From Salpingoeca rosetta (Eukaryota; Protista; Choanoflagellata): 64,000 nucleotides of DNA. The notes beneath the pieces are model-generated. The model saw only the letters and a list, made by a program, of their open reading frames with translations, was not told where the DNA came from and did not search any database. The first letter of the stretch is position 1. Each line of letters opens with the position of its first letter. The stretch covers positions 997,684-1,061,683 of the forward strand of contig JAWQFM010000007.1 of the NCBI GenBank assembly GCA_033442325.1, read 5' to 3'. This document shows positions 1 to 21,377 of this stretch, in pieces. Both the position numbers and the translations under genes were made by a program.

Positions 1-18
1 GTGTGTGTGTGTGCGCGC

Positions 19-67
<49 letters not shown>

Positions 68-143
68 CGTCCTCTTGTGTGTGCGTGCGTGCGTGCATGT
101 GTGTCTTCTTGTGTGTGCGTGTGTGCGTACATGTGTTTGCGTG

Positions 144-185
<42 letters not shown>

Positions 186-187
186 GG

Positions 188-224
<37 letters not shown>

Positions 225-534
225 GAATGTGGGTAAATGTCCACGTGAGCCCTTGCATCGGTCACACCGTCTTTCTCACTTCACTTCAACCCCCACTTCA
301 CGAACATGTGGCAGGTTCCTTGGTGACCTCTCACGCGAGGGTGCCATCGACGTGCTTCGCGGCACGCCGCCAGGCACGTTCATCGTGCGCACGACCACGT
401 CCCAGTGCATCCTCTCCGTCAGAGGGCCCACGCCAGATGCCGTTCGCCACTTTGAGGTGAGCCGTTGGTGTCTGTGGCTGTGGCTGTGTGTGTGTGTGTG
501 TAGCTGTGTGGGGGGGCAGGGGCTGTGTGCACCT

Positions 535-601
<67 letters not shown>

Positions 602-877
602 GTCTGTGCATTGAGCTGGCTACATCCCTTGCCTACATCCCTTGCCTCTGCCGCCATCCCCCCTCTCTTCGTATCTGCTTTCCTTTCATTTCCCACACAT
701 CACACCACCACACATGGCTACGCCGCACCTTTCCCCTTCTCCCCTCGGCAACACAGATCCAACGTACAAAGGACGGCAAAGTTCGCTTGGGCGACGAAGA
801 AGAGCAGTTTGACTCCATCCCCCACATGGTACGGCATACTCGACAAGCTGGGTGCTGCTGGTCATCTTTGGTTGATT

Positions 878-8206
<7,329 letters not shown>

Positions 8207-8415
8207 CTTGGTTGGTGTTCCCGCGCAAACGTTGTTGTGTTTGTGTGGTTTGTGCAGTGCCGTGCGCTTTTTCTTTTGTTGCTGTTTGTTTGGGCCCGTT
8301 CCATGTGGCTCGTGTACTTTGCGGGAGACGTGGAGATATGGATGAGACATGCACGGCAGGAGGTGGAGAGAGGGGGGTGCACGTTTGAATTGGCACTTCA
8401 ATGAGCAAAGGGACA

Positions 8416-8463
<48 letters not shown>

Positions 8464-8993
8464 GAGGTGACAAAAAGAGGGGGAGGGAGCAACAAGCACG
8501 CAAGAACAAGACAGGATAGAGAGGACAGCAGTGGAGGAAAAGGAGGAAAGGACTTGGTATGTTTGTGTTGGCGAAGGGGAGGGTGGGGGCGAAATTATAA
8601 TGACATGAACCGAGCGTGCGCCTCATATCTTGATCCATCAGCCATGATGGGATGCAAAGGCATCATCAAGTCAGCAGCGAGCACAAACATACATCAACAC
8701 AAACATACGTGAACGCAGATACAAAACACAACACACACAACACACAACACACGCATACACACAACACACACAAGACACGCAAACACGCACAACTCACGCA
8801 TACACACAGGACACGCATACACATGAGTTAATTCATGCCACGACACAAAAACGAAGGGCATTCATCAAACTCAAAGCAGACAGAAAAACGATGCTAGTGA
8901 GCACGAGAGGAGTGTGTGGATGGAAAAGCAATGGGTGGATAAGGGGGAGGGGCGAGTTAAGGAAACTTTTTTGACATAACTGCACACAAAACC

Positions 8994-9347
8994 CTAGATG
9001 GTGACAACATCTGCCGCATCGGAATCGGGCTTGTCTTCTCCCGAGCCATTCGCATTGTCCTCTTGCTCCTGAGACATGTGAGAAAAGACACGAAGGGAAC
9101 AAGTGGCAGGAGACAAAACACGAGACGAGGAAGAAGTGTTAGGAAAACAGGAGAGAGCCCAACAGTTACGGGGGAGGTAACATAATTCAGGAAGTGGGCA
9201 AGCACGCGCTTGCACCAACTTTGCTTACACCAACTTCGCTCAATCGCATCGGCCACCCATGATCAAACAGAAGCAGAAGCGCGTGCAGTTTGACATGCAT
9301 GCGTGCAACGAGCATCAAGACGGCCCCGTCCCCAGCGTTGCTATCCT

Positions 9348-9423
<76 letters not shown>

Positions 9424-10823
9424 CACAAGGGCTGCTACGTACCGGGATGAGCTCGGATGCAGAGGAGAACTGGCGCATTTCCCTGTCCTCAATCGCGGGT
9501 GGCGGCCGGCTGACTGCAGACTGGAACGCGCGCACAACGCGGAGCTGGGAGCGCAGCCGGGCAACAGCCGTGCGCCACATGGCCAGCGCAGGCGTTGGCG
9601 GCTTCTCGTCGGCGTGGTGCTCGTGCATGTAGGTTGGGGCAGCGCGGCCGTGGGGGCCACCAAGAGCGCGGCTGGCGAGCATGGACGTGCGGCGGCGGAG
9701 GCGGGCAATGTTGCCGGCAGCGCGGAAGGCACCCGCAACGCGGACTTGGGTGCGGAGACGACGGCCAATGCGCAGCCACAGCAGCCCACTGTCCGTTTGG
9801 CGACGCTGTGGAACAGGCGTTCCCTCACTATCGGGGGGTTTGTGTTGTTGTTTGGTTGTTGTTTGGTTGTTGTGATGCAATGGGACATGATGGGTAAAGG
9901 CACGAGAGAAAAGCGTGAGAACGAGAGGTGTCAGAGTTCAAGAGGAAAAGAGGGGGGGGGAGGTGCGGGCGATGGGCGTAACGAAGACGGCAAGCAGGAA
10001 GTCATTCACACATGGTGTGCACAGTTGCAGGTGGCAGTGCACGCATGCTATGCAGAGATCGTGTGCTCAGAAAGATAACCTGTGGCGTGACACGGGCAAC
10101 TCAACGAGACAAAACAGCATGCAGGAGGAGACGTACCCCGACATGGTGCCGTGGCGCATGGGGCCGGAGATGGTGGCGGCGCGGGACATGGTGGTGGCGC
10201 GGGACATGCTGGGTGTGCGAGGGGCATCAAGGCCACCCTCGGGCAGCTCAATCTCCTCGTCCTTCTCCGCAACCTCGGCAGCACGGTCCGGGGTAAGCTC
10301 CTTGTACTGGCCAGGCTCAAACCACTGGCGGCGGACGACAACAAGACAATGGCAGCAACGACAACAACACACACGCACACACACACACACACAGACAAAT
10401 GTGAGCTTGGAAACAAAGAGTGGGTGTGCGAGGCCATGCAACTTGCACATAAGACCCTTGAAGACGTGGGGTGCTTTGACAATTGAGAGCAGCAGACACA
10501 ATCAATAAACAAGGCAAGTGGAGACGACAACACACCTCAGGAATCCACTCCCAAGGAAGGAGGAAGTGGATGATGACGTTCCAGAGAAGCGAGAAAGCGC
10601 CAAATGCCTGCATGCCACAACAGAACGGGGAATGGGTGAGATAGGTGTGTTCGGGGTGACGGGATCCAACGCGAAACAACTGCAAACCGGGGGATCGCGA
10701 ACATCCCACATTGTACCCTTTGGAGTGACCAACATTGTGGAACGCAACACACACACACAAGGATAAAACGAACACAACACGACAAACGCACGTCAAAGCC
10801 CCCTGCTGCCAAGCCCTCCATAC

Positions 10824-10897
<74 letters not shown>

Positions 10898-12081
10898 AGC
10901 AGCAGATGTTTACGTACAATGCACACGCCCCATTGCCCGGCGGTGAGGGGCTCGGTGAAGAGGGCTTGGCCGCCAACTTCGGTGATGATGGCCTGGGCAA
11001 CGGCTGTGCCAAGGACGACACAGACGAAGATGGGGTTGGTGAAGAAGCCCTTGAAGGGGCGCATGAGGGCGCCGAGGGGCCCGCCAATGATACGGCCAGA
11101 GCTCGTCTCAAAGTACAGGTCGTCGTGGATCACGCGCGCGTTGATTTCGTTGAAAATCTGCATCCACACAAACGTGTTGAAGACGATCGTAAAGTGCTGG
11201 GACGGGGACTCGGGGGTGCCCGTGGCCAGGTCGCCGCCGTTAGGGATGTCAAACATCTTGTCGCCATAGAAGACGAGGAAGAGAATGACAGCAAGCTGGT
11301 AGATGGAGTGGCCGCCAATCTGGCGAATCATGATGCGGGAAAGCAGCGCCTTGTTGCGGCCGTACGGCTTGCGCTTCAGCAGGTCCGGTGTCGGTTGCTA
11401 CCGCAGACAGACAGCCACCATCAGCAAGGTGGTGTGGTGTTTTGGGGTTGTGCAAGGGAGGGCAGGGGTTGAAAAGGTGAGTGCAGAACCAATACAACAA
11501 AAGCAACACACAAAAAAAAATAATTCAAGAACACCAAAACAATAATCAAAACCAAACCACAACACAAAAAAGCAGCGGGACGATTGCATCCACAGGCACG
11601 GGCCGGCACAGCACCACCAGCAGACATGAGGACCAAAGCACCAAGACGAACCTCAGTGGCGAGAGCAAGGGCGGCAAACGTGTCCATGATGAGGTTGACC
11701 CAGAGCAGCTGCACAGCACGGAGCGGAGAGGTGCGGAGGGCGCAGGCGCCGATGAAGGCAACAAGCACGGCAACAACGTTGACGGTGAGCTGGAAGACAA
11801 GGAACTTGGAGATGGAGTCGTACACGTTGCGGCCCCACGAGATGGCCTTGACAATGGAGCTGAAGTTGTCGTCCGTGATGATGATGTCCGAAGCATTCTT
11901 GGCAACGTCTGTACCGGCAATGCCCATGGCAAAGCCAACATCGGCCTCCGACAGCGCAGGGCCGTCGTTCGTACCGTCACCAGTCACGGCCACAACCTCG
12001 CCTGTTGTGTGTTAAGTGTGTTTGGGGGGGGGGGAAGGAGTTGTTCGCGCGACAGGGTTCAAAAGGAGGGATGACAGTGGT

Positions 12082-12160
<79 letters not shown>

Positions 12161-15100
12161 GTGAGTAGGGAGGAGGTGATGAACAAGGAGTCGAAACAGT
12201 TTTCGTGCAGAAAGACAATTGCAGGCTGGGTCCATCAACGTGATCACTTGAGTAGTTGTGAAAGAGATAAAACAGAAGAAACAGAAGGAGGCACTTTCCA
12301 ACCCACGCACACGCTCTCACACACGCTCTCACAGACGCTCTCACAGACGCTCTCACAGACGCTCTCACAGACGATCTTGCATACCTGCACGAATGAGGCC
12401 CTTGACAAGGTTGTACTTGTCCGAGGGAGAGCAACGCGCAAGCACGCGGAGCTGGGGCCAGATCTTGTCCATTTCCTCAAAGTCAATCGAGCCATCGGCG
12501 CGCGTCACACGCTGGCGGAACACGGGACCCTGTCAGTGGTGTTTTGGAAAGAGGGTGTGTGTGTGTGTGTGTGTGTTGAATGAGTGAGTGAACAGGCAAA
12601 GCAAAACCGGCCAAGGTGTGAGAGAAATCAGGCGCCCTCTGACCTATTATTAGGCACTTCTTGGATGCTAACACACGCGCACGCCAAACAAGCACACAAA
12701 CAAGCACACCAAACAAGCACACAAACAAGCACACCACAGCACAACTGCATTCCCGCGCAAAACAGAACGCAACACGCAAACATGCGCACCTCCATGACGC
12801 GGCCGTCCTCGTTGGCTTCGTCCTTGGTGATGATGTTGCAGTTGACGGCAATGGCGCGAGCAGTGATCAAGTTGTCGCCAGTCACCATGCGCACAACCAC
12901 ACCAGCGTCACGGCACGTCTCGACAGCGCCAGGCACCTCGTCGCGCACGGGGTCCTGGATGCCGACAAAGCAGGCGACAGTCAGGTCCTCAAGCAGCGCC
13001 TCCTCGTTGTCCCAGTCCTGCGCCGTGTCAAAGTCGCGGTAGGCAAGGCAGATGACACGCAGCGCCTGCGAGGCAAACTCCACAATCACGTTGTCGCCAA
13101 TGTCCTCGCGCAAGTCGTCGGTGATGGGCTGGCGCTCGCCGTTTGCGTCTGCGTAGTGGGTGGACATGCTGAGAATAATCTCCGAGGCGCCCTTGACAAA
13201 CATGCGGTACGTGCCGTTGGGCAGCTGGATGATGGTCTCCATGCGCTTCTTGGCAGAGTTGAAGGGGTACGCCTTGACAAAGTCCTCCGCCGGCGTCTCC
13301 TTGCGATATTGCTTGTGCGTCTTGGACACAATCTGGTCTGCGTACTGCAGGCACGCGCACTCGGTCTTGTTGTTCTGCTGCACGGGCAGGCCGTCCGCCT
13401 CGTTGATGGTGTAGGTGGAGAGGTAGTCGCTGTTGATGGCAATGCCCTGCGCCAGGTCGTCCAGAACAGGCGCCGTGACCTCCTTCTTAATCTCCTCCAC
13501 GTCGTCGTACTTCTTGCCGCCAACCCACGAGCGCACGACTGTCATGCGGTTCTTGGTGAGCGTGCCAGTCTTGTCGGAGCAGATGGTGGTGGCGTTACCC
13601 ATTGTCTCGCATGCAGCGAGCACGCGCACAAGGTTGTGGTCGCGGAACATCTTCTTGACAGAGTAGGCGAGGGAGATGGTGACGGCAAGCGGGAGGCCTT
13701 CGGGAATGGCGACGACGAGCACGGTGATGCCGGTGATAAAGTAGTCGACAAACTCGTTCCACATGTGGCTGTCGTAGTCGTTCTTCTTGATGGCGTACTC
13801 GTCAATGGTGTAGGCGAGAATCAGCTCCACAATGGTCAGCACAGCAAAGAAGGTGGCAAAGTACCCAATCTGCACAGCAAGCTTCTCCAGCTTCTTCTGC
13901 AAAATCGACTCCTTGTTGCTCTTCTTCTTGCTCTCCTTCTTCTCCAGCTTGTCCTGCACGTCGGGCTCCAGGTCGTCAAAGTTCTCCTGCTGTCGCTCGT
14001 CCACCTGCACGGGCGGTGATGTTGTGGGAGGAAGAGCAGGGAGATGAGGGTGTAAGAGCAGGGAGAGAAGGGTGCAGGGGGGACAGAGGGATGCGCATTG
14101 AAGGGCACACAAAAGGAGTGAGAAAGCAGAAGAAAACAATAAAGGCGTTAGCAACGCGTGCAAAACGATCAAGCTTGCCTGTCCTTACAGGATAATGCAA
14201 CCACGACAACCACAACCAATAGCAGCCACCCCCACCACAACCAATCACAGCCACCACCACAACCACGATCGCCACAATAGCGATCTAAGAGATGAAAAGC
14301 ACCATCCCAACAACAGCAACAGCCATCCCCCCCCCCCCCCAACGCATCGAGCCAGTGAGCCAAACGTAACACGGGTGACGTACGCGGTGGATGATGGCGG
14401 CTGCGTCCTCGGCCTCCATCTGCTCGGCAGCGGTGAGACCTTCCTTGGCAAGTGCTTCAAGTCGCTCCGTCTCCTCAATGCCCACGCCCGTAATCAGCTT
14501 CTGGATGATGCCTTCCTCAGAGAAGAGGCCCACGCACGTCACAATCATGCGGCCGCTGCCCTGCTTCACACTCGTACCTGTGACAGCGTTGATGCAACGC
14601 GTGAGGCACGGAGATACGTGAGAAAGAGAGTAGAAGCAAGGTGTGTCTGTCTGTCTGTGTGTCTGTGTGTCTGTCTGCCTGTCTGTCTGTCTGTCTGTCT
14701 GCCTGTCTCTCTGTCTCTCTGTCTCTCTCTGTCTGTCCATCTATGTCTATGTGCGTGTACGTACCAGAGAGGAGCCATGGGTTCTTGACGAGGTCTTTCT
14801 TAATGTCATGAGATTCGCCGGTAAGCGCCGACTCGTCCGTCATCACATCGTTCGCTTGGATCTGATCAGAAAAAGTTGGGGGTAAAACAACGCAAGACAA
14901 CAAAACAAGCGAGGGAGGCGGTGTCAGCAGGAGTGAGATGAGCGAGAGGAAGGACGGCAACGCACACTTGACACGACAAAGCACACCCGTGCATGCAGCC
15001 GTGCATTATTCACACGCAGGTTGGCAGAAGCATCGCACATGTTGTAGACGTACCAGAACACCGTCGGCGGGGAGCACGAGGCCGCCCTTGACTTCGACAA

Positions 15101-16891
15101 TGTCACCAACAACAAGGTCGGTGTAGAGAACCTGGGTGGGCTCGCCGTTGCGAATGACATCGGCAAGGTGCTGGCTGGCCTGCTTGGCCTTGAGCTCACG
15201 GAACTGCTTCTCCTTCTGCAGATCGTTGACGGCGGTGACCATGACGACAATGAAGCACGAGATGACAATAGCTACGCCCTCAATCCAGCCCGTGTCGTAA
15301 TCCTTCTCCACGGTGATGTTCAGCACGACGGAGAGCACGGCGGCAACCATGAGGATGATGAGAATCGGGTCCTGGAACGCCTCCCACATCAGCTCAAGCA
15401 GCGTCTTGGGCCGCACTTCCGGTGTCGTGTTGGTCCCAAACACACTTGTGCGGCGCTGTTCACAGATGGGCAAGCGAGAACAAGACAAACACGTGGGCGT
15501 GACAGTATGAGAGAGTGTGTGAGCGTGCGTGTGTGCGTGCGTGTGTGTGTGAAGTTGTGTGAGAGAAGCTGCATCACAGAAAGTGTGTGTGAGAGAAAGT
15601 GTGGATGCGCACACGTGTAGGTGTGTGGTGAATTGAGCTGCTGGGCGCGAGTGTTAGCGCCTCCCCTTCCCCATCATGCTTGCTTTCGTGCTTGCTTGCT
15701 CATGTTGTTTGTGATGCGAGCCGCGACACGTGTTGCAGCAGCAGCAGCAGCAGCAGCGGCACTGACCTCAATGTCATCCTCCGTGGCGGTGATACCGGCG
15801 GCAAGATCCGTGAGGAGCTTCTTGGCCAGGCCTTCGATGCCACCAAAGTGCACGTGCAGGCGCTCCATGCCATTGGTGCCACGCTCGGCAATGAGCTCGA
15901 CCAGCTGCGGCAGGCGGCAGCCAAAGCCACCAGGGCCCTTGGTGTTGATCGGGGTCATGGCGCTGTCGCTGAAGTCTGTAGCGGCAGCAGCGCCGTCGGC
16001 CTTCGTGGTGACCACCTGCTCATCGGTGGAGGTCTCGCCCGTTGTGGTGTCGTTCAGGCTGAGCGTCTCCCGGCGCGGCTCCGTGGGGCTGCCGGACTTG
16101 CGCAGCAGCGTCAGAGTGGGCTGTTGTGGATGGCAGTTGATACAAGACAAAAACAGGACACACGGGACGATGAGATAAGAACACGAGTGGCGGGGGAAGC
16201 AGAACAAAGCAGCTGTCGCTGTTAGTCTTGTCGCTGTTTGAGCTGGAGGAAGGAGAGAGAGAGAGAGAGAGAGAAACAGAAAGGTGTTCGCGGTGCCAGG
16301 AATCGCAGGACAAGCGTACGCAGTAATGGGTTGCACTGGCAGGAGGGCGCACACTCACACGCAAAAACAACCGTGGCCAAGCTGACACTTCAGCAGGTAG
16401 CACCACCACGCACCTTCTCCTTCTGAAGTTCTTCACGCAGGGCTTCGACAGCGACCTCGTGCTTGACGTTCTCAGTGTCCGTGGAACCAACGCACACGAT
16501 GCGGTCACCAGCCTTCACGCCGGCCTTCTCCGCAGCGCCGTTCGCTTCCACGCGCACCACATAGATGCCGTTGTTGTCTGCACAAAACAGCAAACACAGC
16601 AAACAAAGGCGCGCAGAGTCAGTGACCAGGAGATGATTGGTGGTGTGGTGCTCGGCTGCTCATGAGCTTTTATGCCACCCTTTTGCATGCGTCATGTCAT
16701 GTCACAACATGAAATTGCAGGTGACCAAGCAGGCTCAGCAGTGGGAAGGAGAAGCAGCACGAGGTCATCACATGCTGGCACGTGGAGGGCTCTCACTCAC
16801 CTTCCTCGTAAGGAGAGTCCACGCCACCGGCCAAGTCGACGCCGAGACCGAGGCTGGGGTCCAGCGTGACCTCCAACTCCGTGTGCGACAT
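8994..16891 (-). CDS. ATP2B: Plasma-membrane Ca2+-transporting P-type ATPase (P2B, PMCA) with an N-terminal PDZ domain
   Basis: About 14 exons. Motifs: [32 protein letters not shown] (phosphorylated Asp), [65 protein letters not shown], plus a C-terminal calmodulin-binding [20 protein letters not shown]. First exons 16891-16801, 16577-16414 and 16120-15767. Last exon ends ...DAADVVTI* at 8994. Confidence 0.93.
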
Positions 16892-17092
16892 GGCTGATGA
16901 ACTTCAGGGAGATGCCACCAACCAGACACAAACGAACGAATGAGTCCGAACAGCCAAGTGAAATCAAGATCCAAGGGACGGCACCGCGGGATGATGTCCT
17001 CTGCTGTGCACTGGTAACAACAATGTAAAATGGGTGCAGGAACCCAGCAACAAGCCCATCAAGAACACAAACAGTGGATGGGAAACAGAGGT

Positions 17093-17140
<48 letters not shown>

Positions 17141-17662
17141 TTGCGTGAGCGCAAAAGGGATCAATCAAGCATGGACAACAGCCATGTGGTGGAGGACCGG
17201 CAAAGCAAACAATAAAGGCTTTAAGGCCTGCACACATGCACACGCACGCACACACACACAGAGCAACTCCACTACCCATCCATCCAGCTTCCCCCCTTCC
17301 CTCACCCATCCCCTCCTGCCATCTCCAGCCAACAAACCCAGCCAGCAAGCAAACACATCAACAACGAGCAAGCCTCAAGACACTGCTGTGGGCTTGGCTG
17401 GCTTGGTCGCATGGCGCGCGCCCACATCACATCATGGCACACACCTCTTTCCGCCTTGCACTTCTCACGACGTAGTGGCGTGCAAAATTTGAAGCTTCCG
17501 CGTGGACGCATTGGCGCCAATCTGGCTTTGTCCCGCCCCGGTGGATAAGACATTGCACAACAACTCTTCTTAGCAGCTTCTTCAATTGCGATTTAATTCA
17601 GTCGAGACTGATATCAGTCTTGCTCCAAACACAACACACCTTTCCACTCACGCAGAAACACT

Positions 17663-17741
<79 letters not shown>

Positions 17742-17871
17742 CACACACACGCACACACACAAGGCAAAGCAAAGGAAAGAAAGCAAAGCAAAGAAACCGA
17801 AACCCCAAACGACCGAATCCCGACACACAGACAACACGCGAGCAATTGTCACTTGCTTGCCATCACTTCAC

Positions 17872-20800
17872 TCAAGCAGAGGCACGCTGACGCAGCAAGG
17901 CAACCTGCCGTTCCAAGGCCACCTTCTCCTTGACGAGCTGCCGCCGCTCAAGGGTCAGCTTGTGCACCTCAGCACTGCTGTGGCCACCAGCACTGCCCGT
18001 CTTGTGCAGGTTGGCCTGCAGCTCGTGCACTTTTGTGCGCAGCTTCTCATTCTCTGAGCGCAGCTGGAAGATGACGTCCTCGGCCTGTCGCAGGTCCTTC
18101 TCAAAGGTGGACAGCTTGCGCTACACATGACGAACAAAACACAACCAAAGGACGAGAATTATGGTGCATGGATGGAGTTTTTATTGTTTTTGTTGTTTTT
18201 TGTGTGTTTGCGAGTGTTAGAGTGAGAGTGTATGTATGTACGTGTGTGTGTATGTGTGTGTCAACTATGTGTGTGGTGCTTCGTGCATGCAAGAGACAGT
18301 GCACGCAAATGCATGTGTGTGCAGAAAGTTAAAGAGCACACACACACACACGTGCTGCACACGTGCCGCAATAACAGACAGGCATACAGATGTGCAACTT
18401 TCCGCCATCATTGCCAACACAAGCGCGGCAGCTCACCTCCAGAGCATCCTTGGCGCGCCCGTCCACTTTGGTTGTCTCAAGATGATCCTGCAGCCGCAGC
18501 ACCATCGTCTCCTTCTCCCGATCAAGTTTCTGCACAAACAAAGCAGGGATCAAGGAAGAGATGGAGCGTCATCAATGACCAACACAGTAGACCAAAAACA
18601 CACACGCGCGCGCGCGCACGAGCAAGTGTACTCGCACGCATACATGACTGCGAACACTCGCCCCAACCAAACACGCAGCGCACACACCTGCACACATACA
18701 CATACACATGCACACACACACACCCACATGCACACACACACACACACACGAGAGGGCGGACCTCGCGCAGGACGGAGCTTGTCTGCCGCTGCTGTGCGGC
18801 CGTCTGTGCCTGGTACTCCCTGAGCTGGTGCTGCATGTCGCGGCGGTTGCGGTTCAGCTCCTGGTCGTACACCTGCCGCGCAGCCTGCACCCGCTGCTCC
18901 AACTCGTGGTCAAACTCACGTGTCATCTGCAGGCGAGGCAGGGGCGTGGGACGATTGCGTGTGTGGTTGTGGATGTGTGTGGAGATGGTGTGTGTGAGAT
19001 GGTGTGTGTGAGATGGTGTGTGTGAGATGGTGTGTGTGAGATGGTGTGTGTGAGATGGTGTGTGTGAGATGGTGTGAGATGGTATGAGATTGTGTGTGTG
19101 TGAGATGGTGTGACATGGTGTGTGTGAGAGCACGTCAGGGAGCGCTTGCTGAACAAAGTCGCTAGCGGTTCGCGTAACAGACGCTCCCTTTCCCATCCAG
19201 CTCCCCCTTCCCAAAACTATTCACGCTTCTACTTATCAAAACACACACACATACACAAGCGCTTGCACGCACACACACACGCACATACAAGCACACGCAC
19301 ACACAAAGCATACACACACGCGGGCGCACCTCGACGCGGAGGGCCTTGAGCTCGGCGGCGTGCTCGTCCTTCAGCTCCTCCTCCACCTGCTTGCGCACAA
19401 GCTTGCGCTCCCGCACCATGTTCTGCTGCATGGCTTGCAGCTCGCGGTGGGCGGAGTTGAGGCCCTCAGTAAGCTCGTCGCAGCAGCGCAGCAGCACGTC
19501 GACGGTGTGCAGGGGCGCGGCGCTCGCCTCAAGGGACAGCTCGTCCATCCTGCTGTACTCGTTGCTACCCAGGCACGAGATGAGCGACATGATGGCGCTC
19601 ATGGCTGGCGACGGCGACCCCTCGTGCACATCCGGCAGCGCTGGCGGAGATGCGGTGAGGTTTGGTGGAACAGGGCGGAGGGAGAGGGGACAAAGTGGTG
19701 GGAATGGGGATTGGTGTGAGGGGGCGTGCACAAGTGAGCACTGATCATGGGGCATGTTGATGGGTGCCTGACAACATGGACCAAGAAGCTTGAGAAGCGC
19801 AAACAACAGCGCAAACTAGAGCGCAAACAGAAGATACACACACCGTCAGCGCGTGGGAGCATGGCTGTTTTGAATGTGGTGAGAACAGCACGCAGGCGCT
19901 CCTTCAGTGCCTGACGCGAGCGCTTGTTGCTCTGCTCTTGCTGCGACAGTTGCCTGCAAGCAAAACAACCCCCACCAACACAGCGGTGGTCAGACTGGCG
20001 TCAGCAAGAAAGACCTCCGCAGTGTTTCGTGTTCGCGAACAACCAATGCACAGAGAGAGACAGATAGGCAGGCAGGCACGCAGACAGGCAAACAGGGGGG
20101 GGGGGGAGACTCGGGACACACACACTGACAGACAGAAACATGCGCACACGCATGCACATGTGTCTGCACACACACAACAAACACACACGCACACATGCAC
20201 GCACTCTGCAGTCTGGTGGGATTGGATCTTGTATCTGTCGGCCATTTGTCGCGCCTCCAGCAACTGCGTTTGCAGTTGATCTGCAAGCTCGCGCGTGCAT
20301 GTGTGCGTGAGTGTGCGGGTGGGGCGTGGGTGTGTTAGAGGTTGTGGCAAAGGCCATGGCAGATGAATGAAGCGCAAGTGCCAGGCAATGAGAAAATGCA
20401 GCCAGCACAGCCAGCAAACAAAGGACCCCACCAAAACATACGCGCGCAACCGCTGCACACACGTGCGCACATGTCCATGCGAGCACCAACAAGATCCGCC
20501 TCACCAATCTCGGCCTTGTATTTCATCTCCAGCTTGTCCCGCTGGGCGGCGAGCGCTTCTTGCTTGTCGCGCTTGTGCTCGGCCGACAGCCGCTCTGTGC
20601 TCTGCACCTGTGTGCGGGACGCCGTGGACGACGCCTTGCGCCGCTGCATCTCAATCTCCTTCTTCAGCTTCGTGTCGTACTCGGCCTCCACGCGCTGTGT
20701 CACGCTCGCCTTGATGCGCTTCACCTCAAGCTTGTGCTTGTCCTCCAGCTCCTTTCGCAAGTTGTTCACCGCCACCTGCTGCTGCCGCTTGTGTTGGCTC

Positions 20801-21334
20801 TGAATTGGAAAGTTGGCACAAAGCAACACACAAGTGAGTCATGAATCGGGGTCTGGGCGTGCGTGTGTGCGTCTGCGTGTGTGCATATGTGTGCGTGTGT
20901 GTTGCGCATGTGTGTGCGTGTGTGTGCGCGCATGTGTGTGTGTGTGTGCGTGTGCGCATGTGTGTGTGTATGTGCGTTCGTGCGTTCGTGCGTTCGTGCG
21001 TAAACCGCACATGACCCCACATGACCCCACATGACCCCACATGACCCCACACGCGCCTCCCCCCCCCCAACACCCACACAGGTCCATCCTTGCTGTGCGT
21101 CACCTGAAGCTTCTTGCGCTGCTGTTCGAGTTCCCTCTGCAGGTTGGCTGCGGCCTGGTTGCTGGCTTGTGTCTCAATGCGTTGCCGCAGCTCCTGCATC
21201 GCCGCACGGTGCTCGTCCTCAAGCTTCGCCTGGAGCTGGCTCAGGCTCGCTCGCTTCTCGTTGTCAAAGTCAATCTGCACGCGGTGGTAATGATGACGGT
21301 GTGTGTGTGTGTGTGTGTGCGTGTGTGTGTGTGC

Positions 21335-21377
<43 letters not shown>

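Noticed and set aside
12661-14019. 452-aa plus-strand ORF
   Set aside because: Antisense to the largest PMCA exon.
17302-17553. ORF MSYPPGRDK as a possible first exon of the PDZ-PMCA gene
   Set aside because: No recognisable coding signal. A good ATG (GCCATGTCG) at 16891 directly starts the PDZ domain, so this is more likely promoter or 5' UTR.
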